From: Hypanus sabinus
Lineage: Eukaryota
Assembly: GCF_030144855.1 (NCBI RefSeq)
Contig: NC_082710.1
Span: 55,366,001 to 55,430,000, forward strand
Direction: 5' to 3'
DNA: 64,000 nt
Shown here one piece after another: positions 36,456 through 48,923 of the stretch. The notes beneath the pieces were generated by a model. It was not told where the DNA came from and did not search any database. It was given only the letters and a program-made list of their open reading frames with translations. The first letter of the stretch is position 1. Every line of letters starts with the position of its first letter. The translations under genes and the position numbers were made by a program.

Positions 36456-37429
36456 TCAAAATTTAATAAATTGAATACAAACAAATTTGACAGTCTCTCC
36501 TCACACTGACCAGAATAAGCTCATTTATAAAATTATCTTGCTAAAGTTGGTAAATGCAGCTTAAATGGCAATTAAAACTTAGGCATAAAACCATAAGGTA
36601 ACAGATTAACAATCTTTCAATATTTTAAAGAAACTTGCAATGCCATAAGGAAGATTATTTATTGCATTAGATGCAAGTAATGAATTTACTTCACCTTTTA
36701 TAAGAGCTCAGAAGTCAGTTGAATGAGTTCTTTAATGCACAATATCTCTAAGGGTTAGGGCGGAGTAGAGTGCATTCTATTAACACTGACTTCTCTCCAT
36801 GAGTTCAACCAGCTGGGCATTTTGAATGTATAAGGTTTGAAAGTAAAGTGCCATCAAACCTGCTGCATGTGCATCATGCCCAAAACTGCAGTGCTCTTCA
36901 TGGTTTTCAAACATGTGAAAAGAAATCAAATGATAAATTATTTCCCAAAATGAGAAACACCAAACAGAATAGAAGAATGGCTCACTGGTCTTAAGAACAG
37001 CAGAGATGAAGTTACTACTTGTTTAACATTTTGTGTATTTTGTCTTTAACCACTAAGCTCATTTTCTTCTAAATGAAGACAGCAAGTACAGAAGCCTGAA
37101 GTAGGAAGTACCCACTGTCAGGTTCAAGAACAGCTATTTCCCTTCAACCATTTTGTTCTTGAATCAACTGTCAAAACTATAATCATTACTGCAGCTTAGC
37201 AACACGAAGACCACTCTGATCTCTTCGCATTAAAATGCTTTGTTTGTTTTAATTGTGGTTTTTTCTTCTAAATGAAGACATACAAATATCAATATTAGCT
37301 TGATTAAATGTTGCTCTGAAAAGGATTAGATTTATTTGCAACAATTAATAAAATTATTTAGAATGGTAACAACCATTTATTATTTTAAATTCTCCATTGG
37401 CAACTCCAAACCTTACAGGATGCTGATAA

Positions 37430-37600
37430 CAAACAAGAGAAAATCTGCAAATGCTGGAAATTCAAGCAACACAAACTGGTGGAGGAACTCAGCAGGCCAG
37501 GCAGCATCTGTGGAAAAAAGTACAGTTGACGTTTCTGACCGAAACCCTTCGGCAGGACTGGAGAAACAAAGCTGAGCAGTAGATTTAAAAGATGGGGGCA
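37430..37600 (-). mobile_element. Penelope pLTR fragment; further copies near 38470-38550, 39890-40120, 46320-46445 and 53150-53370, and a decayed GIY-YIG at 53440-53780
   Basis: The same GGAGGAACTCAGCAGGCCAGGCAGCATCT and hammerhead-like segment recurs in each copy. Confidence 0.75.
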
Positions 37601-38589
37601 GGCTTATAAGTTGCCTAACCTCTGCGGTTTGACTCTCTGTCCTCAGTATTGTATCAAATTTCTCTTGGTCTCCCATTCTTTAACAGCAGCAATCACAGCT
37701 TCATATCCAAGAGCAATATGTTCTCGAATGTCTAATCTACAAGTGGCCTGACAGTTCATTACGAGATCTAGGTCAATACATCACAGACACATCTTTCTCC
37801 ACCATTGGCAGTATTTATACGAGGTACTGCTGAAGAAAGCAACATTCATCATTAAATATTTCCACAATCTGGGCCATGCCAGCATCTCGCAGCCACCATT
37901 ATGTAGAAAGTACAGAAGTCTGAAGTCCCACACCATCAGGTTCAAGAACAGCTACTTCCCTTCAACTATTTCGTTTTTGAATCAACTGTCAAAACTATAA
38001 TCATCACTACAGTTTAGCAACACTAAAACCACTTTAATCACTTTGCCCTAAAATACTTCGTTCTAATTGTGCTTTTTTTTTCTTGTAAAAATAGTAGATA
38101 ATTTTCTTGTGAGTTATATCTATATAATGCAATGTGCCTGTGATGTCCCCACGAGTAAGTTGTTCATTACTATATTAAAGCAATTACAATTTCAACAATT
38201 GAAGGTTAGTAAATTGAATACAAACATGTAGTTGTCACTGGGTCACTCATCTTTATCATTTATAGTCAGTTTCTCTTTGCACTCAAATTATCAAAGTACA
38301 ACCAACTACTTGACTGTTCACCAGACCATCAGAAGCAATATTATGACATAAAAACTGATTGGAGGAACTTGAAAAATAAAAGAAACACTTGCATTTACAA
38401 AGTAGTTTTTATTTCCTTCCTTTCAAATTAATGCTCAGCCCCTAAAGAACTTTTTCTAAGTGCAATGTAAAGAGAAAATGCTGGAAATACTCAGCAGGCC
38501 AGGCAGCATATGTGAAGAGATTAAACAAAGTTAACATTACAGGTCAATGGCCTGATGCTAGATTTTACTTTTTAAGCTTATTTAGAGCT

Positions 38590-38860
38590 GTGACATAGAA
38601 ATGTGGCAGCCAATTTGTACTTGCCAAGTTCTACAAACAGCAATGTGATGATAACCAATTAATCTTGTAACACTGAGTGCACAATGAATATTGGCTAGAA
38701 CACAAGAAATAACTTCTTTGACTTTACAATAAAATACTGCAATGTTATTTTTATATCTATCAGCTTTTAATGTTCCTGCAATATCTCTAATCTGTATTGG
38801 AAAGTCAGTCAAGGGGTCTGACCTCAAGTCTCAGGAGTTGAACTTAAAATACCAGAACCT
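38590..38860 (-). mobile_element. Possible ancient Deu-SINE (SacSINE1/AmnSINE-like) remnant
   Basis: GCAGCCAATTTG..ACAAACAGCAATGTGAT..AATATTGGCTAGAACAC resembles the Deu-domain consensus as I recall it. Strongly decayed. Confidence 0.45.
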
Positions 38861-38869
38861 TTGAGCGAT

Positions 38870-39380
38870 TGTGCCGACAACACTACATTGATTGGTCTTA
38901 TCTCAAACAATAACGAGGTGGCCTACAGGGAAGAAGTCATTTCTCTGACACAGTGATGTCAAGAAAACAACTCTCCCTCAATGTCACAAAAACAAAGGAG
39001 CTGGTTGTGGAATACAGGAAGAATGGAGACGGGCTAACCCCTATTGACATTAATGGATCTGGGGTTGAGAGGGTAAACAGCTTCAAGTTCCTCTCAGCGT
39101 CCACATCACCGAGGACCTCACGTGGTCTGTACACACCAGCTATGTGGTAAAAAGGCGCAACAGTGCCTCTTTTACCTCAGATAGTTGAAGTTTGGTATGG
39201 GCCCCCAAATCCTAAGAACTTTCTACAGGGGCACAATTGAGAGCATCCTGATTGGCTGCATCACTGCCTGGAAGTGTACCTCCCTTAATCGTAGGACTCT
39301 GGAGAGTGGTGGGAACAGCCCAGTACATCTGTAGTTGTGAACCTCCCATGATTCAAGACATTTACAAGGACAGGTGTGTA
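38870..39380 (+). mobile_element. Rex1/Babar LINE RT C-terminal fragment
   Basis: ADNTTLIGLISNNNEVAYREEV and LNVTKTKELVVEYRK..INGSGVERVNSFKFL. A related copy with tail lies at 42575-43360. Confidence 0.85.
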
Positions 39381-39567
39381 TATTTCTTAAAGAGAAGCAT
39401 GTAAAATGCTAACCAAAATAAACATGAATCTTTTGCAGGCACAGACAAGAGACATTCTACTCAGAATCAGGTTTAATATCACTGGCATATGCCATGAAAT
39501 TTGTAATAGCAGTACATTGCAATACATAATAATAAAAAAACTATATATTACAATAGGAAAACTACAC

Positions 39568-39592
39568 ACATACACACACACACACACACACA
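39568..39592. repeat. (CA)n microsatellite within a LINE tail
   Basis: Directly visible. Confidence 0.9.
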
Positions 39593-42500
39593 GAGGTTCA
39601 TTGTACATTCAGAAATCTGAGGGCTGAGGGAAAGAAGTCGTTCCTGAAACGTGTATATTCACACTCCTGTACCTCCTCCTTGATGGTAGCATTGAGAAGA
39701 GGACATATTCTGGATGATGCAAGTCTTAATCAAAATTACCACCTTTTTGAGGCATCACCTTTTGAAGGTGTTCTCAATGCTGGGGAGACTAGTGCTCATG
39801 ATGGAGCTGGCTTAGCTTACAATCTACTGCAGCTTTTTCTGATCCAGTGCTCTTACCTGAAATTGGTCCTAGGAACAAAAAAGAAAGCTAACACAAACAT
39901 GAGAAATTTTACAGATGCTGGAAATCAAAAGCAACACATACAAAATGTTGGATGAACTCAACAGTCAGGCAGCATGTATGGAAATGAACAAACAGTTGAT
40001 GTTTTGAACAGAGACCCTTCTTCAGGACTGAGAAGGAAGGGGCAATATGCCAGAATAAAAGAATGAGTAGAGGAGAGAGGAAAGAGGCTAGCTGGAACAT
40101 GATAGGTGAAACCAGATGGGTAGCAAAAGCTCAAGGGCTAGAGAAGTTAACACAATACTGGGTATTTCCAATGATAATTGAAAACATCCCTACAGAATTA
40201 TCCTGTGAGACAATTACGCCACATACTAACACCCCCACCCCATGTGTACTACCCCATCTCACTGGGTTTCAGATAAATAATGTTTTAGATATTGCAATTT
40301 TATTTGAAGTAAAGAGAATTAAAGAGAAAGTAACTGACAGGAGGAATTAATGAGTATTGAAATCTTGGGGATTTACAGGTACTAATGAAAGGGCAATGAC
40401 AATGAGCAATAAACAAGAGGAAATGTCAAAGCAAATGGAAGAACCAAAACATGACAAGAATAGCCTTCAGAAGCAAGATATAATGAGAACATGAGAAACT
40501 TAGGTACAAAACTTTACATTTTCAGACCTTGAATAACAATAAATCTTGTCAATTAGCCAAATATTTCAGATTGTAGTGAAATTGGTAAACCAGCAAAGGC
40601 TAAGGACACAATTTTTCTTCCCTATCCCCATATCTTTTCACTGTTACATTAATATCCATAAATCTTAGATCTTAATGACATTGATGACTGAATGTCCATT
40701 GCCCTGAAGCAAAGGAGTTCTAAAGATATACCAAGCACAGTTTACCTCATCATCCTTAATGCAAATCGTCAATAACAAACCCGTATTTATTGAGTTCATG
40801 GTCATTAAATCTAGTCACCTCAGCTAGGGAAAAGACTTTCTCGTTTTACCCTGTTGTTATTTTATACATTTCATAGCAGTCACCTCTCATTTTTCTAAAC
40901 TTTGAATAATAGACACATAAAGTACTCAATCTTTAATCCTGTAAAAGACTTATCATTCAAGAGGGCATGACTTCAGGATTGAAGGTCGTCCTTTTAGAAC
41001 AGAGTTGCGGAGAAATTACTTCAGTCAGAAGGTGGTAAATCTTCCACAAGCAGCTGTGGAGACCAAGTCATTGGGTGTATTTAAAGCAGAGTTAGATAGG
41101 TTCTTGATTAGCCAGGGCATCAGAGGGTATGGGGAGAAAGCAGGGGAGTGGGGATGAATGGATGAAGTGGATCAGTCCATGATTAAATGGTGGAGCAGAC
41201 ATGATGGGCCAAATGGCTTACTTCTGCTCCTAAATCTTATTGCCTTAAGTCTGGCAAGTTTTCACTGAACTCCCTCTTACAGCACATACCTCCAATTTTG
41301 GTTAAATGTATTTGTTTTTTTTAAATGTCTTTAGCATTCTTTGGGGTTTTAATGGAGTCTCTTCTGCCCATTCTCTGTTTCTTCTGCCATTTTTGACTAG
41401 AAGTGGTAGTTTTGCAAACATTTAATTAGATCCACTGGCTGTGAGATCGCACAGCTATCTATTGCATTGTTTAATCACGCGCGTAATCCTGCTTTGTATG
41501 AGGCTTGCATCTCATTATTTTCTGGTGTGCCTAGCAGTCTTTCCACATTGCTTATTGAAACCTGGTTGACCCACTGGTTTGATAACAATGGCAGAATTTT
41601 GGATATTCAAGGTCATGAGGTGATCATCATTACAGCTGTTGCTGATGATCTAAGCACCTCAGGGATGCCCAGTTTTGATCTGCCCTGAGGCTATCTGCAC
41701 TATTTCCATACCCAATAACCTATTAGTGCTTGACAACAGCTCCATGAGCATTTCATAATTGCTCACCTTTTTAAAACTATTTGGCATTTTTTTCTTTATC
41801 AAAGCGGTTAACCTCACATTCTCCCCATGTACTGCATCTACCCACTTATTCAGCATGTGCATCGTCGTGAAACTTCTTCACATTTTCAACTAGTTTTGTG
41901 TCATGCTCAAAACGGTCATCTATGTATCAGTCTACTGAGCAATAACATGACAATGCAAGATGGGCACGTCTAATCCTATCCTTCAACTTTTACTTGTTGA
42001 CCAGATTTCAGCCTATACTAGTATTTTACTCCATTTTCATTGGCCCCAACTCCACTCTGCAAGCTCCAGTCCAGTTTCTTATAAAAGGCTTCTTAAAATC
42101 CAAATATATACACTCGCACACGTGTATGCATGGACAGGTTCTTATCACTATTCTACCAGCCACAGCCTAACTTTTTAAATATATAATTCCCATTTCAAAA
42201 TCATTATTGATGCAATAATTACTTTTCTTAAATCACCTTGGCATCAGGTTCTTTATGTAGATGCCATGTTCCCCAACTACTGACATTAAACTGGCAGGTT
42301 GGGTTATTCCCCATTTTCTCTCTCCCTCCTTTATCAAATAGGAAGATCATATTTCCAATCCATAATCTGTAGGAACCATTCCAGAATTCATTGATTTTTG
42401 CATGATGATAACTAGAGCATCCAATATCTCCATTGCCAAATCATTAAAAGGATCTCAGACATAGATTATCCAAGCAGATACTTTTGCAAATATCAAAAAG

Positions 42501-43359
42501 CAGATCACAAGAAGATTTGTGGTATTGTGGATAATGTAGAAGGCTCTCATAGGTTACAAGTTCGCTAATGATACTACAGCAGTTGGACAGACCAGCAACA
42601 ATGATGAGTCAGCATACAGAAAGGAGGTCTCAACATAGACAAGACAAAAGAGACGACTATGGACACCAATGGCTCTGTTGTGGAGAGAGTAAAGAGCTCA
42701 AAGCTCCTTAATGTGCACATAATGGATGATCTAACCTGGACCCACAACATTTCCTCTCCTGTCAAGGAGGCACAGCAGCAAATACACTATCTGAGGAGAC
42801 TGAAGCATGCAAGGCTCCCTGCCCCCATTCTAACAACTTTTCATAAAAGCATCATTTAGAGTGTCCTAGCTTGCTGAAAACTTGTGTGGAATGAAGGCTG
42901 CATAGGATAGTTAAAACTGCCATGCATCACAGGTGTCTCCCTTTCCCATATTTGTGACAGTTAGCGACAGCGTTACACATGAAGGGCACCAAAGAGTTGT
43001 TGATGATCTGCTCCACCCATCCCACAATCTCTCTGACCCTCCACTGTCAGGAAGGAGGTACTGAAATACCAATCAGAACTCAGACTGCCCAATGGCGCAA
43101 CAGCTTTCTTCCTCATACTGTAAGACTAATAAATATCCTGCCACCGCTGAGGTCTCGTCATTAGATCAAGGTGTTGTTTATTATATACTCTATTGTTTAT
43201 CTGTGCTGCATGCATTTGGAATTTATTAACTTATATACTTATATCTTTATGTGCTGTGTGTGATGCTTGCCTTGTGGGTGAACTGTGGTCCAGAGGAATG
43301 TTGTTTTGTCTGGTTATATATGTACAGTCAGATGACAATAAACCTGACCCTAAACTTGA

Positions 43360-44140
43360 ACGGGACATTGATAAGATGCAGAGCTGGTCTGAGAAATGGC
43401 AGATGAAGCTCAATCCGGGAAATATGAAATGATTCTCTTTGGAAGATCGAACTTGAAGGCAGAATATAGGGTTAATGGCAGAATTCTTGACAGTGTGGAA
43501 AAACAAAGGGATCATGGAGTTCATGTCCATAGATCCCTCAAAATTACAACAGTGGCATATGGTGTGTTAGCCTTCATTACTTGGGGGATTGAGTTCAAGA
43601 GCCATGAGCTAAGTCAGGTTAGATCACAGTTGGGAGTAGAGTTCAGTTCTGGTTGCCTCATTATAGGAAGGATGTGGGAGTTTGAGAAGGTGCAGAAGAA
43701 GCTTTCCAGAAAGCATGTCTTATGAGGATAGGTTGAGAAAGCAATGAGAGAAAGAGGGTGAGAGGTGACTTAGAGGTAACTTAGAGGTATAAAATATGAT
43801 ATAGGCATAGATCGAGTAGACAGTCAAAGGCATTTTCCCAGGGTGGAAATGGTTAATACAAAGGGGTGGGTATAACTTTCAGGTGCTAGGAAAAAAGTTG
43901 ACGGTGGACTTCAGAGACAGGTTTTTTTTAAATCGGAGAGTGGCGGGTGTGTGGAACACACTGACAGGGGTTGTGATAGAGGCTAATATATTAGGAACTT
44001 TTAAGAATCTCTTATATAGGCACATGAATTAAAGTAAAAATGGAGAGCTATGTTGAGAGGAAAGGGCTAGATTGACTTCGGAGCAGGTTAAAGGGTTAGC
44101 AAAACATTATGGTCAAAGAGCCAGTACTGTACTCTAGGCT
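43360..44140 (+). mobile_element. CR1 LINE 3' fragment
   Basis: RDIDKMQSWSEKWQM, YRVNGRILDSVEKQRDHGVHVHRSLK and AYGVLAFITWGIEFKS. Other CR1 pieces at 40955-41245(+), 55540-55960(-), 56640-57220(+) and 58900-59426(+). Confidence 0.8.
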
Positions 44141-47100
44141 CTATGCTTTAATCAAGGTTGAACTCTGGTTTACTGACAAACACCAGAAGCTAGAAGAGAT
44201 CAAAAGTCCTCTCAAAATACAATGACCAACATGCTTCCTGAAGAAATAAAATGCTTCATTTATCCTATGTACATAGAACCTTCCATCAGTGGTTAGGCTA
44301 AGAACAGTACCCTTGTTTATAAATAATTTCTTACTTGTAAATTTAGATGTTCTAATCCCGTCATTGCCATACCTAACAAGGAACACATTTGTATTTTCTG
44401 ATATTTTATGGAAAATATAAGTGTAGTAAATAAAGTACACAAATAATTACCCAAAAGTACTATTTGGAAATAAAACAGATGATCATTCATGGATTGCCAA
44501 TTGTATTGATTGAATGAAGCAACTGGGTAGGCTGGCAGAGGCCAAAAATTTTAGATGCCATTTGGATCCTGATATCAGTGAGATTGTCAGCATGACAGAA
44601 ATGGATTGAGTCAAAGATCTTCTCATCTTTCCTCACTATTTTAAAATTCCCATTTTTGTTGTTTACTTAATTTTTTTATGATATTGACACCACTTGTGAG
44701 ATCATCATTTGCTGTCATTGCTAAAAGTCTATGAGGTTCTGGTGAAAAGCCACTTCTTTATACTGCTGTTATCCCTCTAGTGAAGATACTCCCAAAATGC
44801 TACTGGGTAGGGAGTTCAAGGTTTTAGACCCAGCAATTTAGGAGCAACAACAGACTTTCATATTAGCATGATGTGCAACTGGAACCACACCTGCAGATGG
44901 TAGTGCTCACATGAACTGCTGCCTTTATTCTTTATGGTGTTAGAGGCTGGGAATGTGATGCTAAAGTAGACTTGCTAAGGTACTGCAGTAAGCAATACAC
45001 ATTTCACCAAGGTTTGCCACTGGTTGGGTGATGATATTGAGTTTGCTGACCATGAAGTTCTAAACTCATATGAAGACCTTAAGCCCTATCTGATATAGTC
45101 ACAGGTGCCCTCATTAAAGGGAAGATATACTGTAACAACCCAATCTTCAAAGAATAGTTCACTTCTCTGTTTATTTCCCAAGGTGGGTTTAACTCCCAAT
45201 ACCCTCTATTTGAGTGTTGGGTCCCCCTTCCTCTACTAAGGAGGTGATACTTACAACTAACGATGTAGTTTAAACACAGTTCAATTAGTTTCAGTGATAC
45301 ATATTTAAATTCAAACAACATCCTTAAAATACATTTAAAACTCAGGAGAAATTCTATTTTTTAAAAGACATAAATCACAAACCATTTCTAAAACACAAAG
45401 GATTTCCCAAAAAAAATATGTACAATTCCTACAAGCTAAAAAAAAATTCCAGCAAGTCATAGATGAAGGCAGCCCATGTTTCTGTCACGCTTTTGATGCT
45501 GTTGGACCATTCTTAAAAAGCCTAAACTGCTGACTGCATTTATACCATTTCTTTTCCATTTGGTCGACTTCACACACGTGATTTTTAGGTACGCACAATT
45601 AATACTGTGAGACTAACTCTTTGAGTACGTAAACCATGCAACTTACTAACAGATCAGCTGTTGATAGGCTAATTAAAAATATCCATCGGTTCTACAAGCT
45701 TTGTTGAACAAAACAACTTAGTCACTTTTGTCTATATCGCCAAATTAAATAATCCATTGTCTTATGTTGCACATCTTGAGAAGCTAAGACAGGTATACAG
45801 AAAGCGTTTACTTACAAGCTGTCTTTTTAACTTTAAACTGATTACTGCTTGCAATTTACTTTAAGAACTGAAGACTGGTTCCCGGTTACGACCAGAAGCT
45901 AAACAAAGAATATTAGTAGGAAGTTTAACTTATTCAAAAATAGTACTTTGATCTTTTGAGCTCACTGCTTCTGTTTTTAGAAAGCTGAACTTGGCAAAAA
46001 AAAACTCCCCTGACCTAGAACAGTGCATATTCATCACAGTTAAATGAATGAATGTTTAACCTGGTGAATGAAACGTTCTGCTGTGGAACATGTTGAATTT
46101 CTTCAGTATCTTTGGAGCTGTGATATGCAGGCAAATGGCAAGTTATCCATCAAGTTCATGATTTATGGCTTATATATGTTGGAAAAGCTTTGGGGGTTAT
46201 TCAGTGCAGGTTATCCCAGCCTCTGTCAAGGGGTCAAGCAATCCCATCCATTGTTCTTTTGTCTTCACAAATCCCTGTTCCTTGGATAGTGGTATCATAC
46301 AATTAGAAAACTAAACTAGCATCTTCCCACTTCCTTTCCAGTCCTGATAGAGTCTCAGCCCAAAATGTCGACTGCTTATTCATGTCCATATATGCTGAAG
46401 GATGGTTGATTTCCTCCTTTGTGTGTATTGCTCTGGATTTTCAGATTAGTGATTACAAAATACTAATTTTCTTATAAATCATAATATAAATTGGTTCTCC
46501 TCATCTTCCCTTGTTCATAGTTAACCTAACAATTTTAATTGAAAAAGAAATTTTTCCCTCATTCCATTTAAAACAAAATGGATGGGAGGTTCCTAAACCA
46601 GGGCTATAACCCTTGCTTTAAGATACTGACATTTCATTTGTTGATCAACACACAACAGATATGCTGCTGCAGATAGATAACTTACTATTGCATTAGCTGT
46701 TCATGATAGATTTCACCAGCTACTAAAAGGCACAGAATATGCCACCTTTGCACACTATATATATCCAAATTTGAAATTAATAAAACGTAAATCAAGCTTA
46801 AATATCACTATATTGCTCTTGAAGTTGAATCTCCAAATTGTACTATTAACACATCTGACAAAACCCCCCCCCCACAATTTTTAGTTGATATCTATTCATC
46901 AACTTGGTATTTGAGTATCAAGGGAAGAAAGATTGTTCACCTAATCAATTTTACTTCCCTTGATTTAACACCAACTGTTCCAGCTAATTATGAAATTAGG
47001 TGAATGATTCTTCCAACAATGGCTTTTGACATCTTTTCATCTTCTACCAAACCCCACACCCTTATTCCAATTCCATAGATTCTAATCATTATTCCAACCC

Positions 47101-48923
47101 ACTAATATTTGAACTATCAACTTGGCAGTTCTAAGCAACTGTAACATAAACTTGACACCAAGTAAAATTAGAACCAAGAAAGCATTATTTAACTCTTTCA
47201 TGAACTTTTCTTTAAAAGAAATATTGACCATTCTATTTAATGTATTAAGGCTGGAACACTCATTTGTCTCAAATTAGTTTACTAGAAAATAGCAATGAAA
47301 AGGGTCTTAATAGAACACAAATATTATGGTAGTCATGAATCAGTCTTAATTAGGCACTACATTTTGAAGTTATGTCATCAATCATGATTCCATATCCCTG
47401 GAAATTAATCATGTACAGGGTATAATGAAAAGGTATGTTTTAAATCTGACATTTTTTGAAAATATGCAAAAATTAATTAACTTTGACAAATATTTTCAAA
47501 AAATTATGCCATCCTTTGAAATAGTAAATTGTTTATGGATTTTAAACATAACAGCACAGAGAGCTGTCCTAATCTAACAATTCTGGGCAACACAAAATAA
47601 TGAGTGATCCATGCCCCTGTTATTGATATACTCAGCATTGTTGCTATGGGAGATCCAATATTCTATTACTGTTCAAGTTCGTTGCTATGCAACACAAAGA
47701 ATATGCTACATAGTTAAACATTATATTTGAGCCCTCGGTGACTCAATTACTCATTGAAACCACCATAAGATGGAGTATCCACTCAACTGACTAGTTTCCT
47801 TTCTCTGGGACAATTCACCAAAATCATTCAGTGCAAGTCCAATTCAAGATTGTTTGCACTAATTGAAACAATTATACTTTCAAAGCTAGTTTTGTTCAGG
47901 GGAACTGGCAATGACTTCAGACAGAATGAATCAATATTAGGAAGTTCCTTTAATTGTGCTCATTTGCAAATCTTTGTAGTGCCTCCAAAATTAAGCTTTT
48001 TTTTGTATACATTGGTATCAGCAGAATTAACTTTGAGAATTAATTTGCAATTTCATTTTAAATCATTATACGCTCAGTTATCACTGAGCATTTTGCAGAC
48101 AATATGGACCAGAGCCACTATACATATAGCAGTAGTGGAAAGAGTGAAGGGTTAGGGTGGTAGGTACTAATCGAGTGAGCTGCTTTGTGCTGAATGGTGT
48201 TGGGTTCCAGCATTGCTGGAGCTGCACTCATCCAGGCAAATGTGTAGTATTCCATCACACTGTGAATTTGTGCCTTGTAGATCAAAATACTTTGGGATAT
48301 TAGGAGATAACTTACTCAACACAGGATACCCACTTCCTAACATGCACTTCTAGACATAGTATTTATCTGGCTGGTCCAGATGATGTCCTGGGAAATGATG
48401 ACCCTGAAGACATTGCAAGTATGGAACCTGTGTAGCGCCAGTCTCATCTCGCGTGACTGGTCGCCACACTCAATGAGAAAATCAAATTAAATAGTATTGC
48501 ACTAGGTGCTAGTAGGCCATCAGAAGCTTTAGGTACCAGAAGGGGGCAGTGAATAGAAAAAAAAAACACTTCTAGAGGTAAGTTTTGTTTATATAAAAAA
48601 AAGCAAGATATACAAAATATTTCCATGAACAAGAACAGTACAAATTCCAATATTCTGTTTAGGCTCCAAATCTCAGTTACCAAACAAAAACCTTTTTAGT
48701 TAGAATCAGTGAAATCAGTGAAATTCATTAGAATAACCTTTAGTACTCCAATTTCTCTAACTAATTAGATCTAGTATTATTCCCTATTTATACATCTAAC
48801 CATATTAAATCCCCTTTGTCATGAAACATTTCATTTCCACACTGGTTTTTCGATCTTGGGTGGCTCACCATCTTGTTTCTTGGTCTGATGGATGAAATGG
48901 TTGATCATCTACGGAAAGTCAAT

